From an uncultured Verrucomicrobiae bacterium (GTDB taxonomy: Bacteria > Verrucomicrobiota > Verrucomicrobiia > Chthoniobacterales > JAATET01), in contig CAVRCI010000007.1 of assembly GCA_963719495.1 (NCBI GenBank), positions 128,001 to 192,000 of the forward strand: a DNA stretch of 64,000 nt, read 5' to 3'. The position numbers and the translations under genes were made by a program. Position 1 is the stretch's first letter, and the number at the start of each line of letters is the position of its first letter. A model generated the notes under the pieces. That model made no database searches. It was not told the origin of the DNA and saw only the letters and a program-made list of their open reading frames with translations. Positions 20,172 to 30,195 of the stretch are shown one piece after another.

Positions 20172-20384
20172 TCCCGGAGCGGCGATTCGCAAGTCGCTTC
20201 GCCCGTCTCCGCTCCACCCCGGCTGCCGAACCAACCCACTCCGGCGAAGCTCGCCGGATCCTCCGGGGACCGGCGGCTTCCAGCCGCCCGTCCCACCCAA
20301 TCCGGCCCCGCCCGGACACTTCCCGCAACCAACGCCCCCCACCCTTGAACTCCCCCCGTCCGCCCGCCTAACGTCGCCGCAGCG

Positions 20385-22118
20385 ATGTCCCTGCTGCCGA
20401 CCCTGCTGAACAAACTTCCGGCGCAGACCCGTGGAGTCGTTCTCACCTGCCTCTACGGAGCCGTCGGCAGCTTCGTCGCCGTCGCCTTTCACCACGCGAT
20501 CGGCTACATCTTCGACCACGTCTGGTATCCGCTCGCCGACCTGCCCGACACCGAATTCTGGAAGTTCGCGCTCATCAGCTTCGCCGTCCTCAGCACCGGC
20601 ACCCTCATCTCCGGCGTCCTGCTCGCCAACTTCGCCCCCGACGCCGCCGGCAGCGGCATCCCGCAACTCAAGCTCGCTTACTGGCGCGACATGGGCGTCA
20701 TGCCCTTCCGAACGATCTGGGTCAAATTCATCGCCGGTGCCGTGAGCGTCGGCGGCGGCCTCAGCCTCGGACGCGAAGGCCCCACCGTGCAAATGGCCGC
20801 CGGCCTCGCGTCGTGGGTCGGAGCCCACTTCGGCGTTGTCAAATTCGAGCGCCGCACCGCCGCTGCCTGCGGAGCCGCCGCCGGCCTCGCCGCCGCCTTC
20901 AACACCCCCATCGCCGCCGTCACCTTCGTCCTCGAGGAAATCATCGAGGACCTCAACAACCGCGCCATCGGTCGCATCCTCCTCGCCTCCGTCACCTCCG
21001 CCTTCTGCCTCTATTTCCTCAGCGGCAACGACCCATCCTTCAGCATCAACTTCAGCGGCGAATTCAATTGGCACCTCTTCATCTACGGTCCCATCGCCGC
21101 CTTCCTCGCCTCCCTCGTCGGCGTCGCGTTTCAGAATTCCTCCCTCGCCTGGCGCTCCCGCATCAAATCCCACAGCCGCATGCCCGCCTGGTCACGCCCC
21201 TGGGTCGGTGGCCTCTTCACCTGGCTCTCCGCCTGCGTCATCTTCTATTACTTCAAACGCCTCGGCGTCCTCGGCCTCGGCTACCACGACCTGAACGACT
21301 CGCTCACCGGCACCCTCACCTGGGACATCTGCCTCGCCCTCCTCGCAGCCAAATTCATCGCCACCGTCGCGAGCTACGCGTGGGGTGGTTGCGGCGGCAT
21401 CTTCGCGCCCACGCTCTTCCTCGGAGCCATGACCGGCGCCGCCTTCGCCGGACTCGCCGACATCCCACTCCCGATGACCCGCGAGGAACACATCGTCCTC
21501 GCGGTCGTCGGCATGAGCTCCTGCCTCGGCGCCGTCGTCCGCGCCCCCGTCACCTCGATCCTCATCGTCTTCGAACTCACCCACGATTTCTCCCTCGTCC
21601 CCCTCCTCATGCTCAGCGCCATCATCAGCCAGGCCACCAGCCGCTGGCTCTGCGCCGAGAATTTCTACGCCCAGGTCCTCCACGACGACGGCATTCACCT
21701 CGACAAGCACATGGGCCACCGCGACTTCGCCCACTGGAACCGCGCCCGCGTCTCCACCTTCGCAAATTTCAAACCCATCCTCGTCTCCTCCTTCGACACC
21801 GACGCCGTCCAGAAGATCCTCGACGCGTCCACCCACCACACCTACCCCGTCTGCGACGAGACCGGCCGCATTCAAGGCGTCGTCGAACGCGACGACCTCA
21901 CCCGCCTCGTCGCCACCGGCGAGGAACCCAACGTCCACGTCGCCAGCACGACCTCGCCGGAAACCACCATCGGCGACATCCAACGCAAACTCGTCGAAGC
22001 CCCCCTCAACATCGTCGTCCTCGTCGACGAGACCCGCAACACCGCCATCGGCATCTTCACCCTCCACGACCTCCTCCGCGCCCAACTCGCCGAATCCGAA
22101 CGCGCCGGCCTGGGCTGA
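20385..22118 (+). CDS. ClC chloride channel/antiporter with CBS domains
   Basis: GSGIP, GREGP and GIFAP signatures; C-terminal CBS pair. Confidence 0.95.
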   Translation: MSLLPTLLNKLPAQTRGVVLTCLYGAVGSFVAVAFHHAIGYIFDHVWYPLADLPDTEFWKFALISFAVLSTGTLISGVLLANFAPDAAGSGIPQLKLAYWRDMGVMPFRTIWVKFIAGAVSVGGGLSLGREGPTVQMAAGLASWVGAHFGVVKFERRTAAACGAAAGLAAAFNTPIAAVTFVLEEIIEDLNNRAIGRILLASVTSAFCLYFLSGNDPSFSINFSGEFNWHLFIYGPIAAFLASLVGVAFQNSSLAWRSRIKSHSRMPAWSRPWVGGLFTWLSACVIFYYFKRLGVLGLGYHDLNDSLTGTLTWDICLALLAAKFIATVASYAWGGCGGIFAPTLFLGAMTGAAFAGLADIPLPMTREEHIVLAVVGMSSCLGAVVRAPVTSILIVFELTHDFSLVPLLMLSAIISQATSRWLCAENFYAQVLHDDGIHLDKHMGHRDFAHWNRARVSTFANFKPILVSSFDTDAVQKILDASTHHTYPVCDETGRIQGVVERDDLTRLVATGEEPNVHVASTTSPETTIGDIQRKLVEAPLNIVVLVDETRNTAIGIFTLHDLLRAQLAESERAGLG

Positions 22119-22509
22119 TCCCGCCGGATTTCGGAGCCGCAAAGAGTCGCAAAATTCGCAAATCAATACGAACCGCACCTGGACTTTGTTCGACTGACCA
22201 GTTCTCTCCGCCTCCTCTCTTCGTCCCCTGTCATCTTGAGGACCCTGAGCACGCAAGCGAGCCAAGAAGCCGGGGATGACAAATCAATGGCAGCGAAGCC
22301 CATTCTTCCAAATCTTTGCGACCTTTGCGGCCTTCTGTTCAAAGCCTCATTGGTATCCGTATTCCCCCTCGTTCTCTTCGTTCCCTTCTGTTCAAAACAG
22401 CCCATGTCATTGGCAACGAAGTGAAAAATCTCTGGCTTCTCACCATCACCGCGACACCAGCAAAATGTCAGAAGTGTCTCGCCTCCCTCAACCTGCCAGC
22501 CTCCGCCGA

Positions 22510-22956
22510 ATGCATCCCCTCTTGAGCCTTCTGCGCCTTTTTGCGGCCATATTCCTTCTCACCGGCTGCAAGAACTCCGCGTTCAACTCCACCGGCGGCA
22601 TCATCAACCCCGGAGCCAGCGCCGCCCTCCCCGCCCCCGTTCCGTTCCCCGTCAGCGTCGGCGGCCAACCCGTCATCCCCGCCTACCCTTGGTGCGCCCG
22701 CATCGTCGACCCGGTCGCCAAAGACGCCACGATTCGCATCCCGGGCGTCGAGCGCGCCACCGTTTCCCTCTATTCCTGCGACGCCGCCGGCCGCACGCCG
22801 AGCCCCAACGTCCGCGCCATCTACAACTTCCGAAACAAAGATTCCAAATCACTCGCCGACGACCCCATCGGCATCGCCCCCACCCCCGGCCACTACCTCG
22901 CCAGGGTCGAGTCGCCCGGCAAACCCGCCTTCACCTTCGTCTTCGAAGTTCGGTGA
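22510..22956 (+). CDS. Hypothetical lipoprotein
   Basis: MHPLLSLLRLFAAIFLLTGC lipobox; host-like codon usage. Confidence 0.65.
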   Translation: MHPLLSLLRLFAAIFLLTGCKNSAFNSTGGIINPGASAALPAPVPFPVSVGGQPVIPAYPWCARIVDPVAKDATIRIPGVERATVSLYSCDAAGRTPSPNVRAIYNFRNKDSKSLADDPIGIAPTPGHYLARVESPGKPAFTFVFEVR

Positions 22957-23097
22957 TCACGACATGATTGCCGGAGAGCTTCTGGCGATCCATTCCCGAT
23001 GACCGTTGACCTCCACCGCTTTGTGACGTTTTTTTCACAGATCCCCGCTCTCGTGCCCGGGAATTGCTTGCGTTAGAAAGAAATCCCGCCCGAAGTC

Positions 23098-24576
23098 ATG
23101 AGCCGTCCCCGATCCCGTCCCCCGCTCGCCGCCCTTGGCGTCCTCCTCACTGTCTTTCTCGGAGCCGGATGTTCCGAGCAACCAGCCGAGACGCCCGACG
23201 TCATCGTCCTCCAGTCCGGTCGGATGCGAGGTAACGTCTACCCGAAATCGCTCCAGAGCATCGCCTCGCTCCAGCACTATCCCTACCTCGCGGGCTACGT
23301 GAAACAGGTCCGCGAGGAAGCGAAGAAGACCGGTGCGCGCGTCGTCCTCGTCGACCTCGGCGACAGCCTCGGCGGCTCCTTCGCCAGCCACGCGACCCAA
23401 TCCAGTAACATGGTCGATTTCTTCAACGAGCTCGGCTACGACGCCATCGTCCTCGGCAATCTCGACAACAACGTCCCGCCCGACGCCCTCGCCAGACTCG
23501 AGCCGATCGTCCTCAGTCCCTTCGCCGCGCCGGACGGCACGTCCGCCGTCGCCGGCACGAAGTTCGGCACCCGCCTCGACCTCGACGGTGTCCCCATCGA
23601 TCTCCTCGCAAATTTTTACGGCGACGTCTCGCGCGCGCAATTTCCCGAGCGATTCCCGACCTGGTTCGGCAACACCGACGAGGAAGTCACCCCCGTCCGC
23701 GACTACGCCGCCGTCCTGAAAAGCCTCGGCGACCGCCCCGCCGGAGCCCTCACGCTCCTCACGTGGATGAAGTTCGAATCACCCAAAAATCCGCCGGAAG
23801 CCTTCCTCAAAAACCTCGCCGACCTCGACGTCAACGCCATCCTCGCCCACCGCATCTACTCCGCCGGCGAACGCGAAGTCTGGTCCGAACAGACCTTCTA
23901 CGACTGGACCCCGCCCGTCTCCGAGAACATCCTCCGCAACAACGGCGGCTTCACGCTCGCCCGCCTCGACCTCAAGCGCGACGGCGACACCTGGCGCGTC
24001 CTCAGCCAGTCGCTTCTCCCGATGACCGCCAACACCGCCCCCGCCGACAACGCCATCACGGAAAAAATCGCCTCCTTCGCCGACGCCATTTCCACCGCCG
24101 ACCGCACCATCGACGAACTCCGCGACCCCGTCGCCGAAGATCAAATCCTCCGCGGCTACCTCGCCGCCCTCACCACCATCCCCGGCACCCAGATCGCCGC
24201 CTACTCCCGCCAGTCCATTCGCTCCGATTGGCCCGCCGGCACCCTCAACGCCTCCCGCGTCTTCAACAGTCTCCCGTGGACCACCAGCGTCGTTCAGCTT
24301 TCGCTCACGCCCGACCAACTCACCGCCCTCGGCCGGCTCAGCGGCATGGTTTTCCTCCGTCAGAAGGACCTCCCCGCCGACGCCACGGCCACCGTCACCA
24401 CCTCCCGCTTCTTCGCCTCGCTCATCGCCGACCAACTCGGCCTCCCCGCCACCGCCCTTCAATCCACCCCCGCCACCTCCGAATTCGACACCTTCGTCGA
24501 TTACCTCGTCGCCGCCCCCAAGCCGCTCACCTTTGCATTTCCCGAGGGCTGGACCTTCGTAGATCCCCGTGGTTGA
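23098..24576 (+). CDS. Metallophosphoesterase/5'-nucleotidase-like lipoprotein with degenerate metal ligands
   Basis: Lipobox GAGC; LVDLGDSLGGS, LGYDAIVLGNLD; C-terminal IRSDWPAG...LPW region like the nucleotidase C-domain. Confidence 0.7.
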   Translation: MSRPRSRPPLAALGVLLTVFLGAGCSEQPAETPDVIVLQSGRMRGNVYPKSLQSIASLQHYPYLAGYVKQVREEAKKTGARVVLVDLGDSLGGSFASHATQSSNMVDFFNELGYDAIVLGNLDNNVPPDALARLEPIVLSPFAAPDGTSAVAGTKFGTRLDLDGVPIDLLANFYGDVSRAQFPERFPTWFGNTDEEVTPVRDYAAVLKSLGDRPAGALTLLTWMKFESPKNPPEAFLKNLADLDVNAILAHRIYSAGEREVWSEQTFYDWTPPVSENILRNNGGFTLARLDLKRDGDTWRVLSQSLLPMTANTAPADNAITEKIASFADAISTADRTIDELRDPVAEDQILRGYLAALTTIPGTQIAAYSRQSIRSDWPAGTLNASRVFNSLPWTTSVVQLSLTPDQLTALGRLSGMVFLRQKDLPADATATVTTSRFFASLIADQLGLPATALQSTPATSEFDTFVDYLVAAPKPLTFAFPEGWTFVDPRG

Positions 24577-25255
24577 TACCGAAAAAAAACCTCTCATCGG
24601 CTTCGGCGGGATCCTCGCGATCATCGTCGGCTTGATCGCCATCGCCATCAGCTTCGCCGTCTGGACGCAGACGAAAAAGGGCGAATCCTCCGCCGTCGTC
24701 AGCGCCCGCAACCTTCAGCAGTGGGGCATCGCGCTGAACCTCTACCTCATCGAAAACGAGAATCAACTTCCGACCGTTGGCAACACCCCCGTCGACGACG
24801 ACCAGACCGCCGCGTGGTATAATTCCCTCCCGGTTTACCTAGGCCAAACACCCCTCGCCGAGCTCCCGGCGGGCAGCCGCCCCACCCCCGGCCAACCCTC
24901 CCTTTGGATCGACCCCGCCACGAAGGAAACCCGCACGTGGGACGACACCGTCTTCTACTTCAACTACGGGATGAACCGATACCTCCAGCCCGACCCCAAG
25001 CTGCGATCGTTCAAAATCTACGAGATCGATTACCCCGGCAACGTCGTCTTCCTCACCGAAGTCGACGGCTACGAGCCCGCCGTCACCCCCGACACCGTCG
25101 TCTTCCGCCGCGGCCCCGCCGCCCCGACCGCCACCGCCCTCGTCCTCTTCTGCGACGGCCACGTCGCCCCGGTGACCCGCGACACCCTGGTTGACGACCC
25201 AAAAACGAGAGAAGCCGCCACCGCCGAAACCGGCGTAAGCTGGTTCGAAAAGTAG
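24569..25255 (+). CDS. Pseudopilin-like protein with H-X9-DG-type C-terminal motif
   Basis: N-terminal TM, NLQQWGIALNLY, YGMN, LFCDGHV. Confidence 0.75.
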   Translation: MVDTEKKPLIGFGGILAIIVGLIAIAISFAVWTQTKKGESSAVVSARNLQQWGIALNLYLIENENQLPTVGNTPVDDDQTAAWYNSLPVYLGQTPLAELPAGSRPTPGQPSLWIDPATKETRTWDDTVFYFNYGMNRYLQPDPKLRSFKIYEIDYPGNVVFLTEVDGYEPAVTPDTVVFRRGPAAPTATALVLFCDGHVAPVTRDTLVDDPKTREAATAETGVSWFEK

Positions 25256-25337
25256 GGGAGCGCGCCCGTCCCGGGTGCGAGATGCGGCGTCTCGCCGCAT
25301 CACCCGGCAATTCGAGCGAAGCGAGAGAGCCGAAAAC

Positions 25338-26057
25338 ATGCACCTCATCGGCATCGACCTAGCCTGGGGCGAAAAGAACCCCGACGCCCTCGCCACGATC
25401 ACCGTCACCAACGGCAACGCCACCTGGCACCCCCCGACCTTCGCCCAAGGCGACGCCGCCCTCCTCACCACCATCGCCGCAATCACCGGCAACGCCCCCG
25501 CCCACCTCGCCATCGACGCCCCCATCATCTGCGTCAACCCCACCGGCTCCCGCCCCGTCGACAAGCTCACCCACCAGCACTTCCGCCGTCAACACGCCGG
25601 CTGCCACCCCGCCAACCTCGCCCTCACCCCACGCCCGCCCCGCATCGGCGCGCTCCTCGCCGCCGCCGGCTACCCACTCGACTGGAATCCAGCGCTCCCC
25701 CGTCTCGCCTACGAAGTCTACCCCCACCCCGCCCTCGTCCGCTTTCTCGACCTCCCCCGCATCCTCGGCTACAAACGCTCCCCGGTCGCCAACCGCCGCA
25801 CCGAATTCAAAAAACTCCAAACCTTCGTCCGCCAAAAATCGACGGAGCACCAAATCACCACCCCACCCGAAGTCGGCGAACTCCTCGAGCGCCCCTGGAC
25901 CAAACCCACCGAAGACCTCACCGACGCCATGGTCTGCGCCCTCATCGCCCACCACCACTGGATTCACCAAGGCAAAAAAACTGAGATCCTCGGCGACCGC
26001 GGAACCGGCTTCCTCCTCGTTCCTCGAGTGAATGAGAAATTAGAAGTTAGAAATTAG
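25338..26057 (+). CDS. DUF429-family protein (predicted RNase H-like nuclease)
   Basis: IGIDLAW, AIDAP, EVYPHPA, DAMVCAL; start ATG 25338. Confidence 0.85.
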   Translation: MHLIGIDLAWGEKNPDALATITVTNGNATWHPPTFAQGDAALLTTIAAITGNAPAHLAIDAPIICVNPTGSRPVDKLTHQHFRRQHAGCHPANLALTPRPPRIGALLAAAGYPLDWNPALPRLAYEVYPHPALVRFLDLPRILGYKRSPVANRRTEFKKLQTFVRQKSTEHQITTPPEVGELLERPWTKPTEDLTDAMVCALIAHHHWIHQGKKTEILGDRGTGFLLVPRVNEKLEVRN

Positions 26058-26115
26058 AAATGGCGAGCGCCCCGAAGGGCCGGGTATTTCTCATTTCGCA
26101 TTTCGCATTTCAAAT

Positions 26116-26961
26116 TTGCATCTCACCACCAGAATCGCCCCCACCCCGACCGGTCACCTCCACCTCGGCCACGCCCGCACCTTCGCCGCCGCCCACCGCC
26201 GCGCCCGCGCAGTCGGTGGCCGCATCCACCTCCGCATCGAAGACCTCGACCAAGCCCGCTGCCGACCTGAATACGTCGCCGCCGCCATCGAAGACCTCCG
26301 TTGGCTCGGCCTCGATTGGGACGGCGAGATCATCCACCAGAGCCAGCGCCGCTCCCACTACGAAACCGCCTGGACACGCCTCCGCGACCTCGACCTCATC
26401 TACCCCTGCGGCAAATCCCGCCGCGACCTCCGCTCCGCCCAAGCCCCCCACGCCGAAGACGAGGAACCGATTTACCCGCCTGCCTGGCGACCACCCCCCG
26501 GCACCGCCACCGCCCACGCGACGCCCACCGGCACCAACTGGCGCTTCCGAGTCCCCGACGACCGCGTTCTCACCTTCACCGACCACCGCCTCGGCAAGAC
26601 CACGTTCACGGCGGGCACCGACTTCGGCGATTTCCTCATCTGGAACCGCGACGACATCCCCGCCTACGAGCTGGCCGTCGTCGTCGACGACATCGCCATG
26701 GGCATCACCGAAGTCATCCGCGGCGAAGACCTCCTCCTCTCCACCGCCCGCCAACTCCTCATCTACGAGGCCCTGAGCGCAACACCCCCAACCTTCCACC
26801 ACCTCCCCCTCGTCTTAGACGAAAGCGGCCAGCGTCTTGCCAAAAGAAGCAACGCCCAAAGCCTGAAAACGCTCCGCGAATGCGGCGCGAAGCCCGCCGA
26901 CCTCCTTCAAGGAGCGGCGATTTGCAATCGCCGACCCAACCCAACGGCGAAGCCGCACTAA
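26116..26961 (+). CDS. gluQ: Glutamyl-Q tRNA(Asp) synthetase
   Basis: RIAPTPTGHLHLGH, LRIEDLD, YELAVVVDD, RGEDLL, RLAKR; lacks the anticodon-binding domain. Confidence 0.88.
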   Translation: MHLTTRIAPTPTGHLHLGHARTFAAAHRRARAVGGRIHLRIEDLDQARCRPEYVAAAIEDLRWLGLDWDGEIIHQSQRRSHYETAWTRLRDLDLIYPCGKSRRDLRSAQAPHAEDEEPIYPPAWRPPPGTATAHATPTGTNWRFRVPDDRVLTFTDHRLGKTTFTAGTDFGDFLIWNRDDIPAYELAVVVDDIAMGITEVIRGEDLLLSTARQLLIYEALSATPPTFHHLPLVLDESGQRLAKRSNAQSLKTLRECGAKPADLLQGAAICNRRPNPTAKPH

Positions 26962-27032
26962 AAAACGACTTCAAGGAGCGGCACCTTCCAGGTGCCGAAG
27001 TCCGCACCACCTCCGCCACCGCCCGGGCACTC

Positions 27033-27135
27033 TCAGCGCCCGACTCCCCCGCCCCAGCCGCAAACCCTCGACCCTCGGATCACTCAGCCCCGACTGCGCC
27101 CCGGTCGCCGGATCGATCGCGATCCGCTGCGGCGC
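27033..27135 (-). repeat. Degenerate copy of the ggt 3' end (partner at 32745-32848)
   Basis: Shared ...ccccagccgc(c)aaaccctcgaccc.cggatcactc...gcgccccggtcgccggatcgatcgcgatc... with small indels. Confidence 0.9.
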
Positions 27136-27223
27136 TTGCAAATGCTCCGTAATAACGCCCGCTCGCTCCGTCCCGATTCACGGAAGCCGCAACGCGCCGA
27201 TGGAACCCTCGGTTTTTGCCCGA

Positions 27224-27907
27224 CTACAACCCCAGCTTCGCCAGCAAATCGCCCTGACCCCGCAACGCTCGTTTAGCGATCCGCCGAAACTCGCTCACCC
27301 ACGCTTTAAGCGCCTTGGCCGCCGCATCGCGGTCCTTCGTCGTCCGCTGGGCCGCGCCGCCCGCCCTCGCCGCGCCCGCCGCCAGATCGCCGACGAGTTT
27401 GATGCCCGCCAGCTCCGCGTCGATCCGCGCCGCCGAGTAGCCCCGCCGCGCGAGCGGCTCCGCGTAGGGTGCCTTCTTCCCCGCGCCGTAGGACGCCTTC
27501 GCCGCGGTGAGAAATTTCTGCAAATCCTCCGGCAGCTTCCCGTTGAGCCCCAGCGCCAGCTTCTCCGCCGCCGACCGGAAGATCGCCCGCGCCGTCTCCC
27601 GGTAATCCGTGAAGTCCGCCCGTTCCGACGCCGTCGCCGAGTCGAGCATCCGCTGCGCTTCGTTAGCCTTCCCCATCGCCGCCGCCCGCGCCTCGTAAGC
27701 CGCCTGCGCCGGGGCGTGCAAACTCGTGATCGCCTCGTCCACCGCCGCCGCGTCGTAACCCCGCTCCGCCATCACCGCCTGCACCTCGGCGTCGTCCCGC
27801 AGCACCGTCATCATCGCCAACGCCTCGCTCAGGTCATTGGCCAAGCGCTGATCCTGCTCCGCCAACTTACGGCCCGCCTTCGTTTCGTTTGGTGAGGAAT
27901 TTTCCAT
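27224..27907 (-). CDS. Hypothetical alpha-helical protein
   Basis: 227-aa Ala/Arg/Glu-rich helical ORF with plausible codon usage. Confidence 0.75.
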   Translation of the reverse strand: MENSSPNETKAGRKLAEQDQRLANDLSEALAMMTVLRDDAEVQAVMAERGYDAAAVDEAITSLHAPAQAAYEARAAAMGKANEAQRMLDSATASERADFTDYRETARAIFRSAAEKLALGLNGKLPEDLQKFLTAAKASYGAGKKAPYAEPLARRGYSAARIDAELAGIKLVGDLAAGAARAGGAAQRTTKDRDAAAKALKAWVSEFRRIAKRALRGQGDLLAKLGL

Positions 27908-28052
27908 GCCCGGTTCTTAAGCTGGCAACCGGTCAGCCGCAAATCAAAAACCGCAACTCAGACGTGGCATCGGCTTCCAGCCGATCACCAACCGGGCATT
28001 GGCTGAAAGCCCACACCCCCACCCGAATGCCAGACGTCCAACCGCCGGAGAC

Positions 28053-28262
28053 GGTCGGACGCCCCTCGCGCCCGGGAAGCAACCGCTCCCGGCCGGTCGG
28101 CGCCGACCCCTCCGCGGTCGGCGGCCCCTCGCCCCCGGTCGGGCGGCTCTCGCCGCGAGGCGGGAGGCTCTCGGAGATGGTCGGGAGACTCTCGTTTGCG
28201 GTCGGGAGTTGTTTTCTGTCGATCGGGATCCGCTCGATTCCGGTCGGGAGACGGATTCAGGC
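28053..28262. repeat. Degenerate tandem array of ten 21-bp units
   Basis: Exact GGTCGG heads at 28053, 28095, 28116, 28137, 28179, 28200 and 28242; variants at 28074, 28158 and 28221; exact 21-bp phase. Confidence 0.8.
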
Positions 28263-28622
28263 CCGGGGCCCGGCGGGCGCAAAGGCTTCCTCGAGGACGC
28301 CTGGAGGAGGTGCCCAGCTTGCGTGCGGGTCCGGGCAATCTCGGCTTCCAATGCCCGGCAATGTGGGCCACCTCATTCTGAAATTCACGCGTTCTCGTCG
28401 GCGCGACAGCGATCTTAGAAAAGTTATTTTCAGCCGACAAACGTCCGATTTACAGCGTGAAGGCGGACGCGGGGTGGGAGCGTTTCGAGATAGTCCTCGC
28501 TAACGAGAGGTTCGGCCCTACGGTCGCGACAGAACCTTTCACTTTCCCTTTCCTTGTGTCTTGAACACAACCCCGCCGATTCCGGCGGTGGCGCATGGCG
28601 GGGGCCCACCAAGGAGCCACCC

Positions 28623-30119
28623 ATGAAAAATCGACCTCTCTTCTTCTCCCTCGCCGCTCTCGGCCTGCTCGCAATTGCCGCCGCTCCGCCGGTCGTGGCG
28701 CAGAATTTCGAAACGAATCAAGACGCCGTTCTCGTCCTCGGACAGAGTTCATTCGACGCCACCGCCCCCGCGACGCCGGCGTCGGCCACCTCGCAGAATC
28801 AGCCGCTCGGCGTGGCGGTGGACCCGACGACGGGCAAGGTCTTCGTCGCGGACTTCGGCAATCACCGCGTCTTGCGCTACGACAGTTCCCGGAGCCTCGC
28901 CAACGGTGATCCGGCGGAAATGGTGTTTGGACAGGCGAATTTCAGCGCGAACCTCAGCAATCGCGGCACGGCCAACCCGACCCCGAATACCCTCTCCGAA
29001 CCCGTCGGACTCTTCGTGGACGCCGTCGGCACGCTCTGGGTGGCGGATGGCGGCAACAACCGCGTGCTCGCCTTCGCCTCCGCCTCGAATCTGGCCCTGA
29101 ACGCGAACGCCATCCGCGTGATCGGCCAGCCGAACTTCACTTCGAAAACGAACACGACGGCCAGCACCGGCCTCTTCAACCCCCTCGGCGTCTTCGTCAG
29201 CGCGGCGAACACCCTCTTCATCGCGGATTCGTTCAACAATCGCGTCCTCGGCTACCGGTCCATCTCGGCCACCGCCAGCAACGCCCCCGCGGCGAACCTC
29301 GTGATCGGGCAGGCGGCATTCGGCTCGGGCGGCGACGGCAACGGCGCCTCGCAAATGTTCACCCCGACTTCGGTCTTCGTGGATGCCGACGGCCGCCTCT
29401 GGGTCACCGACCGGGACAACCGTCGCGTGCTTCGATTCAATAACGCCGGGAGCCTCCCCGCGGCAAACGCCTCCGCCAACGGCGTGCTGGGCCAGCCGGG
29501 CTTCAATGTCACGGTCCCGATCCAGACCACCGCGGCGGGAATGAGCTTTCCCTACGTCTCGATCGTCGATTCCGACGGCACGCTCTACGTCTCGGACCTG
29601 AGCTTCAACCGCGTGACCATTTTCCCCAATGCCGCGACGGCACCCAACGGCGCCTCCGCCAGCAGCGTGCTCGGTCAGTCAAATTTCACGAACGTCTCCT
29701 CGTCCATCGCGGCGAATACGCTCCCCGGCGCCGCGGGCCTGACCTTCGACCTCCAAGGTGATCTGTTCGTGGCGAACTTCAACGCCAACCGCACGACGCG
29801 CTTCACGAAGGCAGCGACACCCGCGCCGCCCTTGCCTCCGTCGCGTCCGATCCTCAGCCTCGAGGGCCGGAAGAATATTTTCACTTCCCGACCGAGACAC
29901 GTGCTCCGCGGAAGTGCGCGGGTGGCGGGCGGCACCGTGCTGCGCGTCGAGGTCAAGGAAAGGGGCAAACCGGGCTTCCAGCCGGCCCGTGGCACCGAAT
30001 CGTGGAAGTTCCGAACGGACCGCCTGAAGCCGGGGAAGCCCAATAAATTCATCATCAAGGCCGTCGGCACGGACGGCCGCTCCTCGAAGCGATTGAGGGT
30101 CAAGGTGCGGGTCAAATAA
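28623..30119 (+). CDS. Secreted NHL-repeat beta-propeller protein with basic C-terminal domain
   Basis: AAGGAG RBS, signal peptide, repeated P.G..VD..G.L.VAD..N.RVL and VLGQ.NF motifs. Confidence 0.88.
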   Translation: MKNRPLFFSLAALGLLAIAAAPPVVAQNFETNQDAVLVLGQSSFDATAPATPASATSQNQPLGVAVDPTTGKVFVADFGNHRVLRYDSSRSLANGDPAEMVFGQANFSANLSNRGTANPTPNTLSEPVGLFVDAVGTLWVADGGNNRVLAFASASNLALNANAIRVIGQPNFTSKTNTTASTGLFNPLGVFVSAANTLFIADSFNNRVLGYRSISATASNAPAANLVIGQAAFGSGGDGNGASQMFTPTSVFVDADGRLWVTDRDNRRVLRFNNAGSLPAANASANGVLGQPGFNVTVPIQTTAAGMSFPYVSIVDSDGTLYVSDLSFNRVTIFPNAATAPNGASASSVLGQSNFTNVSSSIAANTLPGAAGLTFDLQGDLFVANFNANRTTRFTKAATPAPPLPPSRPILSLEGRKNIFTSRPRHVLRGSARVAGGTVLRVEVKERGKPGFQPARGTESWKFRTDRLKPGKPNKFIIKAVGTDGRSSKRLRVKVRVK

Positions 30120-30195
30120 ATCCTGCCCGAGCTTTAAGCAGCCGTCTCCGACGACCACCAGCCACCGAAACCCAATTCAACCACCAATCAAGCTT

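Noticed and set aside
22119..22509. Small ORFs between the ClC gene and the lipoprotein gene
   Set aside because: The region consists of REP-like and 7/9-nt repeats
28053..28262. CRISPR array
   Set aside because: The conserved part is only about 6 bp with a 21-bp period, and no cas genes are present
27889..28503. 204-aa plus-strand ORF across the 21-bp array
   Set aside because: No clear RBS, it overlaps the start of the divergent gene, and its composition is atypical; not supportable as a CDS
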